Assembly: GCA_965249555.1 (NCBI GenBank)
Contig: OZ252243.1
Span: forward strand, 576,001 to 640,000
Direction of reading: 5' to 3'
DNA length: 64,000 bases
Source: Nitrosopumilus sp.
Lineage (GTDB): Archaea > Thermoproteota > Nitrososphaeria > Nitrososphaerales > Nitrosopumilaceae
In this document: one piece after another, positions 39,943 through 49,600 of the stretch
How the letters are laid out: each line of letters opens with the position of its first letter
How positions within the stretch are numbered: position 1 is the first letter of the stretch
The notes under the pieces: model-generated
Database searches by the model: none
Seen by the model: only the letters and a program-made list of their open reading frames with translations
What the model was told of the DNA's origin: nothing
Position numbers and translations under genes: made by a program

Positions 39943-40194
39943 ATGCAAAAATTCAAGTTAGAAAGAATTCCAGATGTAACCTTAAGTGGTTTTGGAGTAA
40001 AACGAGAAGACAAATGGGGTTATGAACTTTATACACCTATTTTATGGAAACTCAAATGTGAATGTGGTCATGAAATCAATGTGGGTACCTCAAAAATCAA
40101 TCCGTCTAGAGAGCAATGTTTTTCATGCAATCTGGGACTACACTTTAACAATCCTTTTTTGATCTGGTTGAAGGTTTCATTGTTTAACAGTTGA
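39943..40194 (+). CDS. Zn-ribbon-containing hypothetical protein, possibly a truncated remnant
   Basis: CECG..CFSC. Upstream DNA (~39760-39940) reads like interrupted coding sequence. Confidence 0.4.
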   Translation: MQKFKLERIPDVTLSGFGVKREDKWGYELYTPILWKLKCECGHEINVGTSKINPSREQCFSCNLGLHFNNPFLIWLKVSLFNS

Positions 40195-40425
40195 TTCCAC
40201 TAATTCAGGGAATTGTGCTTGCTTTAGTCCAATATCTTGTTGGAATTTTTGAATTTCTAATGCATAATGGTGTGCATTTTTGTAATCACGATCAAATTTA
40301 GCTTTTTTATATGCCTCCCAACATTGTTGTAATTCATTCCATACCATGCTTATATCCATACCAGATTTTGTTTGAATTGGTTTATCAAATTTTATCATGA
40401 CTAGTATATTGAAATAAGTATTCAA
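40177..40425 (-). CDS. Small hypothetical protein
   Basis: Helical 70-80 aa ORF; start uncertain. Confidence 0.55.
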   Translation of the reverse strand: MNTYFNILVMIKFDKPIQTKSGMDISMVWNELQQCWEAYKKAKFDRDYKNAHHYALEIQKFQQDIGLKQAQFPELVESTVKQ

Positions 40426-40469
40426 GTCACATGTAAAAAATGATTTAGTAATTGTCTAATGTTGGTTAG

Positions 40470-40940
40470 CTAAATAGAATTTTTCAATTTTAAAGCAGTT
40501 TCCTTGTTGGATAATGCAATTTCATTATGAGGGTCAAGTTCTAAGACCTTATTAAAATGCCATATCGAATTAGCATACATGCCTAATTCACCTAAAACAA
40601 GTCCTTTATTGAGAAGAGATGATATTGAATATGGATCAATTTTTAATGATTCATCATAACAACGAAGTGCATTTGTGTAATCTTCCATGGCATGATATGC
40701 AACTCCTTTATTTGACCAGGCGTTGTAATTATTAGAATCTATTTTCAATGCTTTATCATAACATTGTATTGCCTCTTCAAATTTATTGATATTTCCTAGT
40801 GTAACACCTTTATCAATTAATATATCAACATTGAATGGATTTTTCTTTAATATGGCATTGAAATATTCTAATGCATCTTCAAAATTTTCATCCTCACATA
40901 AATTATAGGTATGATTAAGTAATTCGGTTAGATCATTCAT
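40470..40940 (-). CDS. Tetratricopeptide-repeat protein
   Basis: Repeated (W/L)xxKG..L......EAI.CYDKAL.IDP units. Confidence 0.9.
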   Translation of the reverse strand: MNDLTELLNHTYNLCEDENFEDALEYFNAILKKNPFNVDILIDKGVTLGNINKFEEAIQCYDKALKIDSNNYNAWSNKGVAYHAMEDYTNALRCYDESLKIDPYSISSLLNKGLVLGELGMYANSIWHFNKVLELDPHNEIALSNKETALKLKNSI

Positions 40941-40977
40941 TATATTTTTTATCCATACTAAGCTAATAACATTTCTG

Positions 40978-41818
40978 TCAAGTAATTTTATTTATAAAAT
41001 CACTAAATTCCTTTTTGGCAGGATATGGGATTTTTTCACTTACAAATACAGAGAATTTGAACCGTTTTTTAATTATATTTACAAAATCTTCATGTCCTGA
41101 TGGGTAAAGTTGATGTTTAAATTGCCATAAAAAACCATTATTTTCTTCAATAAATTTTCTATGTGGTTCCATCCATCTGCCTGCAAAAACAGGGGTTATT
41201 CCAAAATGATTACACATGCGAATTTTTATTGCGATTTCCTTAATGGGTGTTAGATATAATCTATTTTTTACCTCTACACCAATTATAAGATTTTTCCTTT
41301 TATGACGTGCAATAACATCTAAACTATGTTTAGATTCAATCCAAGGTTTTCTATTAAATTCTCTAGCATCTCTAGGTACCAATATTTCAAAATTTTGAAT
41401 ACATAATTCCTTTTTTTACTAGATCATGCAAATGTTCACCAAGTACATCTGTGATCTTTTTTGAAGAATATTGTTCAATCCATAATGCATAACTTTCTAT
41501 CTTTTTTTCAATTTTTGCTTGAAATATCTTGCCACTAAATTCATTCAAAAAATAAAATTTTGGGAGGCCTTTCTCTACACGATATTTTATAAAAAATAAT
41601 TTTCCAATTTTTTCTAATTTATTCAATGAATTTTGAACCTGACTAGGTGTGTAATCATTTTCCAACATCACTACAATTGCACTTTCATGTCTAGGGGTTA
41701 TTTTGGGCCTATTGAAAAAATCATAAAAAATAGACAGTATTTTTCTTTCAATTTCTCGCAAACATCTTATTTTTTGTTTGAAATTTAATTTTTCGCAAAA
41801 ATTAACCAAAATTCCCAT
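40978..41818 (-). pseudogene. Frameshifted PD-(D/E)xK endonuclease-like gene (ORFs 41387-41818 and 40978-41382)
   Basis: Removing one base from the T7 tract at 41411-41417 gives a continuous EHLHDLVKKELCIQNFEILVPRDAREF..SLDVIARH..GVEVKNR. Confidence 0.7.
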
Positions 41819-41938
41819 CTAATTTCATCTGTTTTTGGATGTGCTAGGTTCAATTTTACCACATCCGTGATCTGTGTATAGTTAGATCAAAGATCTTATT
41901 ACAGGAGGATTACTGATCTGACTGTAGGTAGACCATAG

Positions 41939-42532
41939 ATGACGAAGTTTAAAACAAAAGAAGAAACCATGCAATTACGATACATGCTAGAAAATCCAGC
42001 ATTTACTCAAAGACAGATGGCTAGAGATATTGACATCAATCACGGGGCAAGGATAAGTAGTTTTGTAAGATGGCTTGAAAGTTTCAAGTATGTTAGAAAG
42101 ACAATAGATCCAAAAGGAAAGGTAATTTATGAAGTTCCATCTAGACAAGCGCTATTAACTTTCTATAATAGATTTAGAAGTATGCAGGATGACAAAATAG
42201 GAACATACACCATAGGACCTGATCCAGATTTTACAATGAAACATCTAAGTGAAAACGGTGCAATAATGTGTTTAACAAGTGCATTAGGTTTCTATGATAA
42301 TTATTCAAGAGACCCAGAATTGCATGCATATATAAAAAATACAGCATTGCTTGAAGAAATTCAATCATCAGAAGGAAAAGTAAAAGTTCATCTATACTGG
42401 TACAAACATCCCGATGATTCAAGGGTGGAAGATGGTATTCACATTACATCCCCCACTAGAACAATCATGGATCTTTATTGTAACAATATGGCTTATTTAG
42501 CTGAACGTCTAATTGCACGGAGATGGCAATAA
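41939..42532 (+). CDS. AbiEi-like antitoxin (HTH plus C-terminal AbiEi-type domain)
   Basis: FTQRQMARDIDI HTH, CLTSALGFY and ITSPTRTIMDL. Directly abuts a nucleotidyltransferase gene. Confidence 0.6.
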   Translation: MTKFKTKEETMQLRYMLENPAFTQRQMARDIDINHGARISSFVRWLESFKYVRKTIDPKGKVIYEVPSRQALLTFYNRFRSMQDDKIGTYTIGPDPDFTMKHLSENGAIMCLTSALGFYDNYSRDPELHAYIKNTALLEEIQSSEGKVKVHLYWYKHPDDSRVEDGIHITSPTRTIMDLYCNNMAYLAERLIARRWQ

Positions 42533-43264
42533 GTGAGCTATGATGATTATGATGAAAAATTTACAGATGCAAGTTTTGATGAATTAAAGAAATTTCTAGA
42601 ATGGATGAATGTAAAAAAAGGCATATACCACACAATAATTGGAGGATGGGCAGTTTATGCATACAAACAAGCACTAGGTTCAAAAGATATTGACGTTGTA
42701 ATGCCAACAGATAAAGATCTTAATGATATATTATTAACAGAATATTTTCCAGCCAGGGGATATAATGTAAAAAAAGATAAATATTTCAATCCAAAATATT
42801 ATGTAAAAGAAATAGAAGATAAAGGTAGAACAAAAGAGATCATTGTTGATGTGTTTATTGGAAGTTTTTCAAAAGAGGATGAAGAAGGATTTGGAATAAG
42901 ATTTCATTGGGGGAAAGTTTTAGAATATCAAGAATTAAAGGAAATAGAAGGGCTTTCATTTTATGTTCCCAAGCGTGAATTGTTAATATTTTTGAAGATA
43001 ATAGCATCCTTAGAACGGGCTTCTAAATACGATAAAACAGGAGATGGAAATATTCCTTCTAAAATTTGGAAGGATTACCACGACATAGCAATATTAATTT
43101 CATTAAAAGAATTAGACACAAAATTATTGAAAAACTTTCTAGAGGAATCAAATGTTCAACAATATGTGCATAGATTTCTCATAAAATATAAAACAGAATA
43201 TTCTCAAATATTAGATGATCTAGGCATGAAATATCAAGATATAGAAGAATGCTTCAATGAATAA
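42533..43264 (+). CDS. AbiEii/MenT-like nucleotidyltransferase (type IV TA toxin-like)
   Basis: IIGGWAV..SKDID..VDVF..LKI..KDYHDI motifs. Confidence 0.72.
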   Translation: MSYDDYDEKFTDASFDELKKFLEWMNVKKGIYHTIIGGWAVYAYKQALGSKDIDVVMPTDKDLNDILLTEYFPARGYNVKKDKYFNPKYYVKEIEDKGRTKEIIVDVFIGSFSKEDEEGFGIRFHWGKVLEYQELKEIEGLSFYVPKRELLIFLKIIASLERASKYDKTGDGNIPSKIWKDYHDIAILISLKELDTKLLKNFLEESNVQQYVHRFLIKYKTEYSQILDDLGMKYQDIEECFNE

Positions 43265-43268
43265 AGAA

Positions 43269-44020
43269 TTACGCAGAATCAAACATAGTTTTAATTTCCT
43301 TAAACCTATCTCTTTTCCGTTTCATGATATTTTTTAAAATTCTCTTGGATTCTAAATTCCATACGTGACTTGTGAAGAAATTATGTAATGTTATAATATC
43401 TCGATCATCATCATCTTGTCGTATGTGAACAGTTTGATCAAAGAATTGATCTAATATTTCATCTGTTAACTCCAATAATTTTTCATTAACTTCAAAGTTT
43501 TCAAAATACATGTCTAAAATTTTTGTCTCTTTTTTTAATTCAATTTTTTTAGTTAAAACATGATCAATTAATGCTTGAAAATAAGTTGTAACAAAGAGCA
43601 ATCGGGCATATTTTTTCTTTCATGTTAGCCTTTTTACTACCATAATGGAATTGTTTTCACAGTAGATTTTTACCAGATATGGATATAACAACAATCTATA
43701 ATCATCTTCAATTTCACCTTCTGAAAAAATTCTAGTATATTCAGAACCTCCAGGCATGTATTTGCTTATACTTCCATATGGTTTTGCAGGATTTTGCTCA
43801 ATTGCAGCTGCCATGGCCTGAATAGCATCATTAGCAGGAATGACTTTATCTTTCCCATAAACAAGATATTTGTTTAGAGTTTCATCTCCGCGAAAGTCTT
43901 CTTTATCTTGTTTTTTCCAGCATTGGAATCCTCTTTGATTAAATTCACAAAGTTGTTTACAAGTAATGCAAAATCATTTTCAGGTAATAGTTTTCTTTTT
44001 TGTTGAGTTACACTCTAATC
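43269..44020 (-). pseudogene. AIPR-family (abortive infection phage resistance-like) C-terminal remnant
   Basis: Fragments NDFAL / QRGF..FRGDETLNKYL..IPANDAIQAMAAAIEQNPAKPYGS..PGGSEYTRIF..LYPYL / LFVTTYF, split by frameshifts. Family assignment is from recall. Confidence 0.5.
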
Positions 44021-44202
44021 ATAATTTGGATTAAGAGACATTTCTAGTTGTCCTGCATATTTTTTCTTTGTTGCCTTGTCTCGTATTGCAGTAGTGTAAT
44101 TTTCAAAGGGGCAATATCTTGCAATTCTTCTAGATTGTACATATTCTCTTGAGCCAACTCCCAGTAAGAAGTATGGAACTAGATAAATGGCTAGTTATGG
44201 CA

Positions 44203-44276
44203 TGGGCCCGAAGGGCTTCGATCCCTTGGCTCACCGGTTATGAGCCGGTTACTCTACCAAGCTGAGTTACGGGCCC
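44203..44276 (-). tRNA. tRNA-Ile2(CAT) (agmatidine type; elongator Met not fully excluded)
   Basis: Reverse complement GGGCCCG...ACCGG-CTCATAA-CCGGT...CGGGCCCA. The GGGCCC acceptor stem is typical of archaeal tRNA-Ile. Confidence 0.85.
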
Positions 44277-44317
44277 TAAGCAGATGAATTTTTTCTTAGA
44301 TATAAAATGTTATGAGA

Positions 44318-44950
44318 TTAACAGTATTCTTCATAACAACCATCAAGCAACAAGTTTTGTGCAGAAATAGATTTGTCTGCAATTTCAAGCAAGTTGTTAG
44401 AGTCAGCTGAAGATTTTTCCAGTATATTTCTCCATGATGCAGTATGTCTAATGTCAGCTTCTGTATGGAGTTTGAAGTATTCTGTTGCTTCATCACCAGT
44501 CATTCCGTAGAATTCTGCCAATCCATCAAGTTTTGTTTGACTGATTTTAGGAATTTCTTTTTCAAAAGCATACATTGCACATGCACCGCCCTCATAGGTA
44601 TTCATTAATTCATTCAAATCAGAGACAGCCTTACGGGTTTTAGCTAATCCAGTGTATAAAGTAAGTTCATCCTCAGATACACCAAGTTCCCCTGCAAAGT
44701 CAATCCATGGTTTTACATGATCAGATTCTTCTTGTTGGTTTGCAATTAATTCACTAATTACAGAATCAGGTGCTTGCTCAATAATTGGAGTCATAAAAGA
44801 TGGAACTGCTTTTACAAGTTGAAAATATTCCTTAGAATAACCTGCCAAAGATTCCTGTGTTAACTTTCCATCAGACCACATCTGGTAAAATGGATGTTTT
44901 AGTAGACTTTGCTCCTCAATCATTTCATCAATTCTTTTTATTATATTCAT
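44318..44950 (-). CDS. PqqC/TenA/CADD-like di-iron protein
   Basis: LLKHPFYQMWSDGKL, QEESDH, YAFE and HTEADIRH motifs. Confidence 0.85.
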   Translation of the reverse strand: MNIIKRIDEMIEEQSLLKHPFYQMWSDGKLTQESLAGYSKEYFQLVKAVPSFMTPIIEQAPDSVISELIANQQEESDHVKPWIDFAGELGVSEDELTLYTGLAKTRKAVSDLNELMNTYEGGACAMYAFEKEIPKISQTKLDGLAEFYGMTGDEATEYFKLHTEADIRHTASWRNILEKSSADSNNLLEIADKSISAQNLLLDGCYEEYC

Positions 44951-45029
44951 GTCTCATCTTTAAATCTGCCAATAAAAAATCTTTGTGGTTTACAAAAGAT
45001 TTTATGGACAAAATACTGAATTTTTGTGG

Positions 45030-45123
45030 GTTCCAGTGGTGTAGACCGGTCAAGCATTTTGCCCTTTCAAGGCAAAGATCCCGGGTTCAAAATCAAACGA
45101 TGAAAATCCCGGCTGGAGCACCA
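45030..45123 (+). tRNA. tRNA-Glu(TTC) with 15-nt non-canonical intron at 59/60 (45092-45106) and encoded CCA
   Basis: GTTCCAG/CTGGAGC acceptor; TTGCC-CTTTCAA-GGCAA anticodon arm. The T arm CCGGG-TTCA-AAA-TC-AAAC-GA-TGAA-AAT-CCCGG forms a bulge-helix-bulge. Confidence 0.9.
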
Positions 45124-45137
45124 AGATTTAATTACTA

Positions 45138-46016
45138 TTGAAAAAGTTTTTTGATCAGACCATTTTGGATAAAAAAAATATCGAGATTAATCCCCTACTT
45201 GAGACATATGGTAAATATGTTGAAAAAATAGATCAGGCTTTGAAGAAAGAACTAGATCTTTATTCTGAATCAGAATTCATTGAACCGCTAAAATATTCCT
45301 TAGATGGGGGAAAGCGAATCAGGCCCATTATTCTGACTCTGGCTGCTGAAAGCGTGGGTGAAATTGATGAGAATATATTTTCAGCATCATGCGCTGTTGA
45401 ATTTTTACATATGGAATCAATCATTCATGATGACATTATCGATAATGAAACCATGAGAAGGCAAAAGGATCCATTCCATATCAAATATGGATACAACACA
45501 AGCGTCCTTACTGGGGACTTTGTTTTAGGATTAATTCTTGCAATATCTTCTAGATTAAACAATCCTAGAATTACAAAAGATTTGGCTACCACTGCCATGT
45601 TGATGAGTGAAGGAGAAATGATTGAAAGCAGATTAGAAACCAGTGAAGACGTTACATTTGCAGATTACCTCAAAGTAATTGAATACAAAACAGCGACTGC
45701 ATTTGAAGTTGCAGCCAGAATAGGTGCAATTATTGCAAATGGAACAGAAGAGCAAATTGAGGCACTGACTGGATATGGAAAAAATATTGGAATTGCATAT
45801 CAGATTAGAGATGATTTGTTAGATTGGAAAAATGAAGACAAATTGTTTAATCTGTTAATCAAGAAAAGTTTAGACCCAAGAGATGTTTTTGATAAAATGG
45901 AAGATATGTTAAAAGAATATTCTGAAAAAGCAAGATCTCATTTAAGAAAGCTTCCAGATAATGATGCGAAGATAAATCTAGATAATTTAATCAAGTTTAC
46001 TTCGTTTAAGGCGTAA
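45138..46016 (+). CDS. Polyprenyl diphosphate synthase
   Basis: GGKRIRP, HDDIID..RR and YQIRDDLLD motifs. Confidence 0.92.
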   Translation: MKKFFDQTILDKKNIEINPLLETYGKYVEKIDQALKKELDLYSESEFIEPLKYSLDGGKRIRPIILTLAAESVGEIDENIFSASCAVEFLHMESIIHDDIIDNETMRRQKDPFHIKYGYNTSVLTGDFVLGLILAISSRLNNPRITKDLATTAMLMSEGEMIESRLETSEDVTFADYLKVIEYKTATAFEVAARIGAIIANGTEEQIEALTGYGKNIGIAYQIRDDLLDWKNEDKLFNLLIKKSLDPRDVFDKMEDMLKEYSEKARSHLRKLPDNDAKINLDNLIKFTSFKA

Positions 46017-47490
46017 AGTCTGAACTGATTACTGGAGTTGCAAACTCTACAAATTGCATAAGGGGTTCTGGGAATACACCAAATCCTATCAAGAAGATCA
46101 TTGAGAAGATCATTACAGCAATAATTGGTTTTGATTCTTTAACCCTCTTCTCTTTTTCTCCTTCAAAGTACATCTTTCTGGTAATCCAACCATAGTAAGC
46201 AAGTGATAATGCACTGTTAAGTACACCAGCTATTGCAAGCCATGGTGCCCACCACAATGTAGAGCCAGCATCTAGTGCACTGCCAAACAACATCAACTTA
46301 CTCCAAAATCCTGAAAGTGGGGGAACACCAGCCAGGGCGAATAGCGAGATAACCAAAGCCAGAGCAGTGATTGGCATTCTTCTTCCAAGTCCCTGTAGCT
46401 TATCGAGATGAGTTACTGCAAGAGTTGTTACAATCCCTGCAATTGCAATAAAGGCCATACCTTTCATTACGGCATGATTTAGAATATGATACAGCGAACC
46501 TTGTAAACCAAGGGAACTATGTGGTGCAACTGCCAGTCCAATCAAAATGTATCCGGCGTGTGCAATACTGGAATATGCCAACATTCTAGTGAGATTCTTT
46601 TGCATGATTGCAGCAATATTACCAATAGTCATCGTCATTACTGCAAGAACACCAAGAGCTAATGTCCAATCAAGATTTAGGACAACCATGCCAAGAACGA
46701 TAATTCTAATTGCTGCAGCAAATCCTACTTTCTTTGTTCCTGCTGCAAGAAGGGCGGCAATTGGTGGTGGCGCTCCCTCATATGTGTCAGGAAGCCATTG
46801 ATGGAAAGGTACGAGTCCCATCTTGAATCCGAATCCTGCAATAAACATTCCAACTGAAAGTAAAGCAAGTGGCAACAGGGACGGATCAAGTGTAGAATAG
46901 CCTTGAATTACCTCCCCAATGTTTGTAGAACCAGTTAATCCATATGAGATTGAAATTCCGTAAACTATGATTGCAGATGATAATGCACCAAACAAGAAAT
47001 ACTTTAGAGCAGCTTCATTTGAGCTTGGATTCTTTTTAATAAATCCAACCAAAATGTATGTTGGAAGACTCATGAGCTCCCATGCAACAAACAACATTAC
47101 CAAGTCAGTAGAATATGCTACTAACACCATACCAATTGTTGCAAGTAGAATTAGAGAATAGTATACAGCAGGAGAGTTGTGTTTTCTCATATAATTAAAA
47201 GAGCCAACAGTAGTGAACAAAGCAACAATTAGCATTGCAATTGCAAATAATCCACCAAAGGCATCATCTACAAGTACATCTTCTGAGAAAAGAGCAGCTG
47301 GTGCTACATTATCATTAATGAACTGGTATCCAACGTAACCAATAGATACAATTAATGCCGCAAATGCAATTACAGCATAAAATGAGTTAGAGCCTTGCTC
47401 TTTTCTTGCAATGCTAATAATTGGAATAAGGATTCCAACGGTTCCAAGGATTGCCATTATTACCAGTGGGGTGGAAGTAATCTCTAACAT
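46006..47490 (-). CDS. nuoN: NADH-quinone oxidoreductase subunit N
   Basis: EAALKYF, PFHQWLPDTYEG and RMLAYSSIAHAGY motifs. Confidence 0.95.
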   Translation of the reverse strand: MLEITSTPLVIMAILGTVGILIPIISIARKEQGSNSFYAVIAFAALIVSIGYVGYQFINDNVAPAALFSEDVLVDDAFGGLFAIAMLIVALFTTVGSFNYMRKHNSPAVYYSLILLATIGMVLVAYSTDLVMLFVAWELMSLPTYILVGFIKKNPSSNEAALKYFLFGALSSAIIVYGISISYGLTGSTNIGEVIQGYSTLDPSLLPLALLSVGMFIAGFGFKMGLVPFHQWLPDTYEGAPPPIAALLAAGTKKVGFAAAIRIIVLGMVVLNLDWTLALGVLAVMTMTIGNIAAIMQKNLTRMLAYSSIAHAGYILIGLAVAPHSSLGLQGSLYHILNHAVMKGMAFIAIAGIVTTLAVTHLDKLQGLGRRMPITALALVISLFALAGVPPLSGFWSKLMLFGSALDAGSTLWWAPWLAIAGVLNSALSLAYYGWITRKMYFEGEKEKRVKESKPIIAVMIFSMIFLIGFGVFPEPLMQFVEFATPVISSDFTP

Positions 47491-47500
47491 CTCATATCAC

Positions 47501-49597
47501 CTATATCAACAATATCAGAACTACGAATAGTAATCCTGCTCCAAATACAAATAGATAAGATTGTGAGACACCAGTTTGTGATCCTTGTACAACTTTAGCA
47601 CTCCATCCAACTGCTTTCTGGAATCCATCGTTCATACCATAATCTATTGCCGTTCTTTCAAAGTATCTGAATACACCTCTTGCCAACCACAATGGTGTTG
47701 TAACAAAGCACCAGTATATGACTGCATTAAGATACCATCGATTTAAGAGAAGTTTGTGAATTCCATAAAAGAACAGATTAGAGTTTACAAATTTTACAGG
47801 ATCAACCCATCTGCCAATATAGAAGATGTAACCCAATCCAGCGCCTATTGCAAATGCTGCCAATGATGAACCAACTGCAACAGGATTAAGTCCTTGCAAG
47901 AATTCCGGTAGAATTGATGATTCTACTGCATAATGCTCAGTGTGAATGCCAAAGGAATTTTCAAGATAGTCTACAAACGTATGATGAAGCCCATCTTCGA
48001 ATGATAATCCAACAAGACCGATTCCAATGGTAAGAACTGCAAGAATTCCATATGGAATCCACATGGATAATGGCGCTTCATGTATATGATGTCCATCTTC
48101 TTCCATCTTTTCGATGTGTCTGCTCTTCTTTCCAAAGAAGACCAGTCCCATCATTCTCATAGTATAGAAAGCAGTAATGACTGCAGTTAATACAGCAATT
48201 GCATACAACGGCATTGCCCATTCATTTCCAGACTCGTAGACTGCTGCAAATATTGCATCCTTGCTCCAGAAACCTGTTGTGATAAATGGAGCACCCATCA
48301 ATCCAAGACCAGCTGCCCACATGAATGCATAAGTTTTCTTCATCTGTTTTCTTAGACCGCCCATATCTGTCATAAATCTAGAACCAACAACATGTAACAG
48401 AGAGCCTGCTGCCATGAATAACGAAGCTTTGAACATTGCATGAGAAATTAAATGAAAGAATCCTGCGGTGTAACCATCAACATACTGATAAGACAGTCCT
48501 GCAACACCTAATGCCATCATCATATAACCAATTTGAGAGCCAGTAGAATAAGCAAGAACCTTCTTAATTTCAGGATTGACCATTGCTTGTGTTGCAAGTA
48601 ATAGTGCTGTAATTGCGCCAACCCAGGCAACAATCTCAAAGAATTGATCTGCAAGAATTCCTGCGGCTCCCAATGCAAATACAAGTGGGCCAATTCTTGC
48701 AACTAAGAACACGCCTGCCTTTACCATAGTGGCTGCGTGAATCAATGCAGATACGGCAGTAGGACCAGTCATTGCTTCTAGCAACCACTCGTTTAGTGGG
48801 AATTGTGCTGATTTCCCTACAGCTCCTCCAAAGATTAAGACAAATGCTGGAACCAAAAGCCCTTGAGAGGCCATTGTAACTGCCCATTCAGTATCCCCGA
48901 TTAATTCTTTGAATCCAAAAGTACCTGCATACAAAAATATCAAAAGCATACCTGCAATCATCATTACATCTCCAACTTTGGTCATGATGAATGCCTTCAT
49001 ACCGGCATGAGTTGGAGAATAGTAATCCAACATACCAAGGACAGTACGCCCTTCAGTACCAACATGATCTTTCTTCTTGTCACGATACCAAAAGCTGATC
49101 AATGCATATGACGCAAGCCCTACACCTTCCCATCCAAAGAATACTTGAAGCAAGTTATCAGACATGACAATTAACTGCATTGAACCAATGAAGAACATCA
49201 TCCAGAACCAGAATCTTGTAATGTCTTTATCGCCTTTCATGTATCCTGTACTGTAAATCAAAATGAGAAACGAAATCCAGCCAACAACGTTTGACATTAT
49301 TATGGAAAGTGGATCTGCCAAGACGCCGGCTTTGAGACCAAGTGACTCTATCCATGGAATTTGATTATGTATTTCTCCTGCCTCTAAAGCAATTGGAATC
49401 ATTGATAATGCAGATAATGCACTCATCAAAGCAAATCCAACTGCAACATAACCAGTTGCATGTTTTGAAAAGTTGCCAGTTACATTTTTTGATAATTTAG
49501 CAATTCCAGGAATTATCAGAGCTGCTGCAAATGGAAGAATCCAAACTAACCAAGCACTTGTTGCTCCGGTTTCAAATCCCATTAATTCAGCTGCCAT
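47501..49597 (-). CDS. nuoL: NADH-quinone oxidoreductase subunit L
   Basis: GKSAQFPL.EWL.EAM.GPTAVSALIHAATMV and KKVLAYST motifs. Confidence 0.95.
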   Translation of the reverse strand: MAAELMGFETGATSAWLVWILPFAAALIIPGIAKLSKNVTGNFSKHATGYVAVGFALMSALSALSMIPIALEAGEIHNQIPWIESLGLKAGVLADPLSIIMSNVVGWISFLILIYSTGYMKGDKDITRFWFWMMFFIGSMQLIVMSDNLLQVFFGWEGVGLASYALISFWYRDKKKDHVGTEGRTVLGMLDYYSPTHAGMKAFIMTKVGDVMMIAGMLLIFLYAGTFGFKELIGDTEWAVTMASQGLLVPAFVLIFGGAVGKSAQFPLNEWLLEAMTGPTAVSALIHAATMVKAGVFLVARIGPLVFALGAAGILADQFFEIVAWVGAITALLLATQAMVNPEIKKVLAYSTGSQIGYMMMALGVAGLSYQYVDGYTAGFFHLISHAMFKASLFMAAGSLLHVVGSRFMTDMGGLRKQMKKTYAFMWAAGLGLMGAPFITTGFWSKDAIFAAVYESGNEWAMPLYAIAVLTAVITAFYTMRMMGLVFFGKKSRHIEKMEEDGHHIHEAPLSMWIPYGILAVLTIGIGLVGLSFEDGLHHTFVDYLENSFGIHTEHYAVESSILPEFLQGLNPVAVGSSLAAFAIGAGLGYIFYIGRWVDPVKFVNSNLFFYGIHKLLLNRWYLNAVIYWCFVTTPLWLARGVFRYFERTAIDYGMNDGFQKAVGWSAKVVQGSQTGVSQSYLFVFGAGLLFVVLILLI

Positions 49598-49600
49598 AAT

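Larger units (their letters stand above)
39599..44218. mobile_element. tRNA-Ile2-integrated defence islet (integrase-less remnant)
   Basis: Perfect 17-bp direct repeat ATGGGCCCGAAGGGCTT at 39599-39615 and 44202-44218 (tRNA 3' end). Interior is very AT-rich with accessory genes. Confidence 0.85.

Noticed and set aside
44857-45141. 94-aa ORF in the track
   Set aside because: Overlaps tRNA-Glu and the antisense strand of the PqqC/CADD-like gene.
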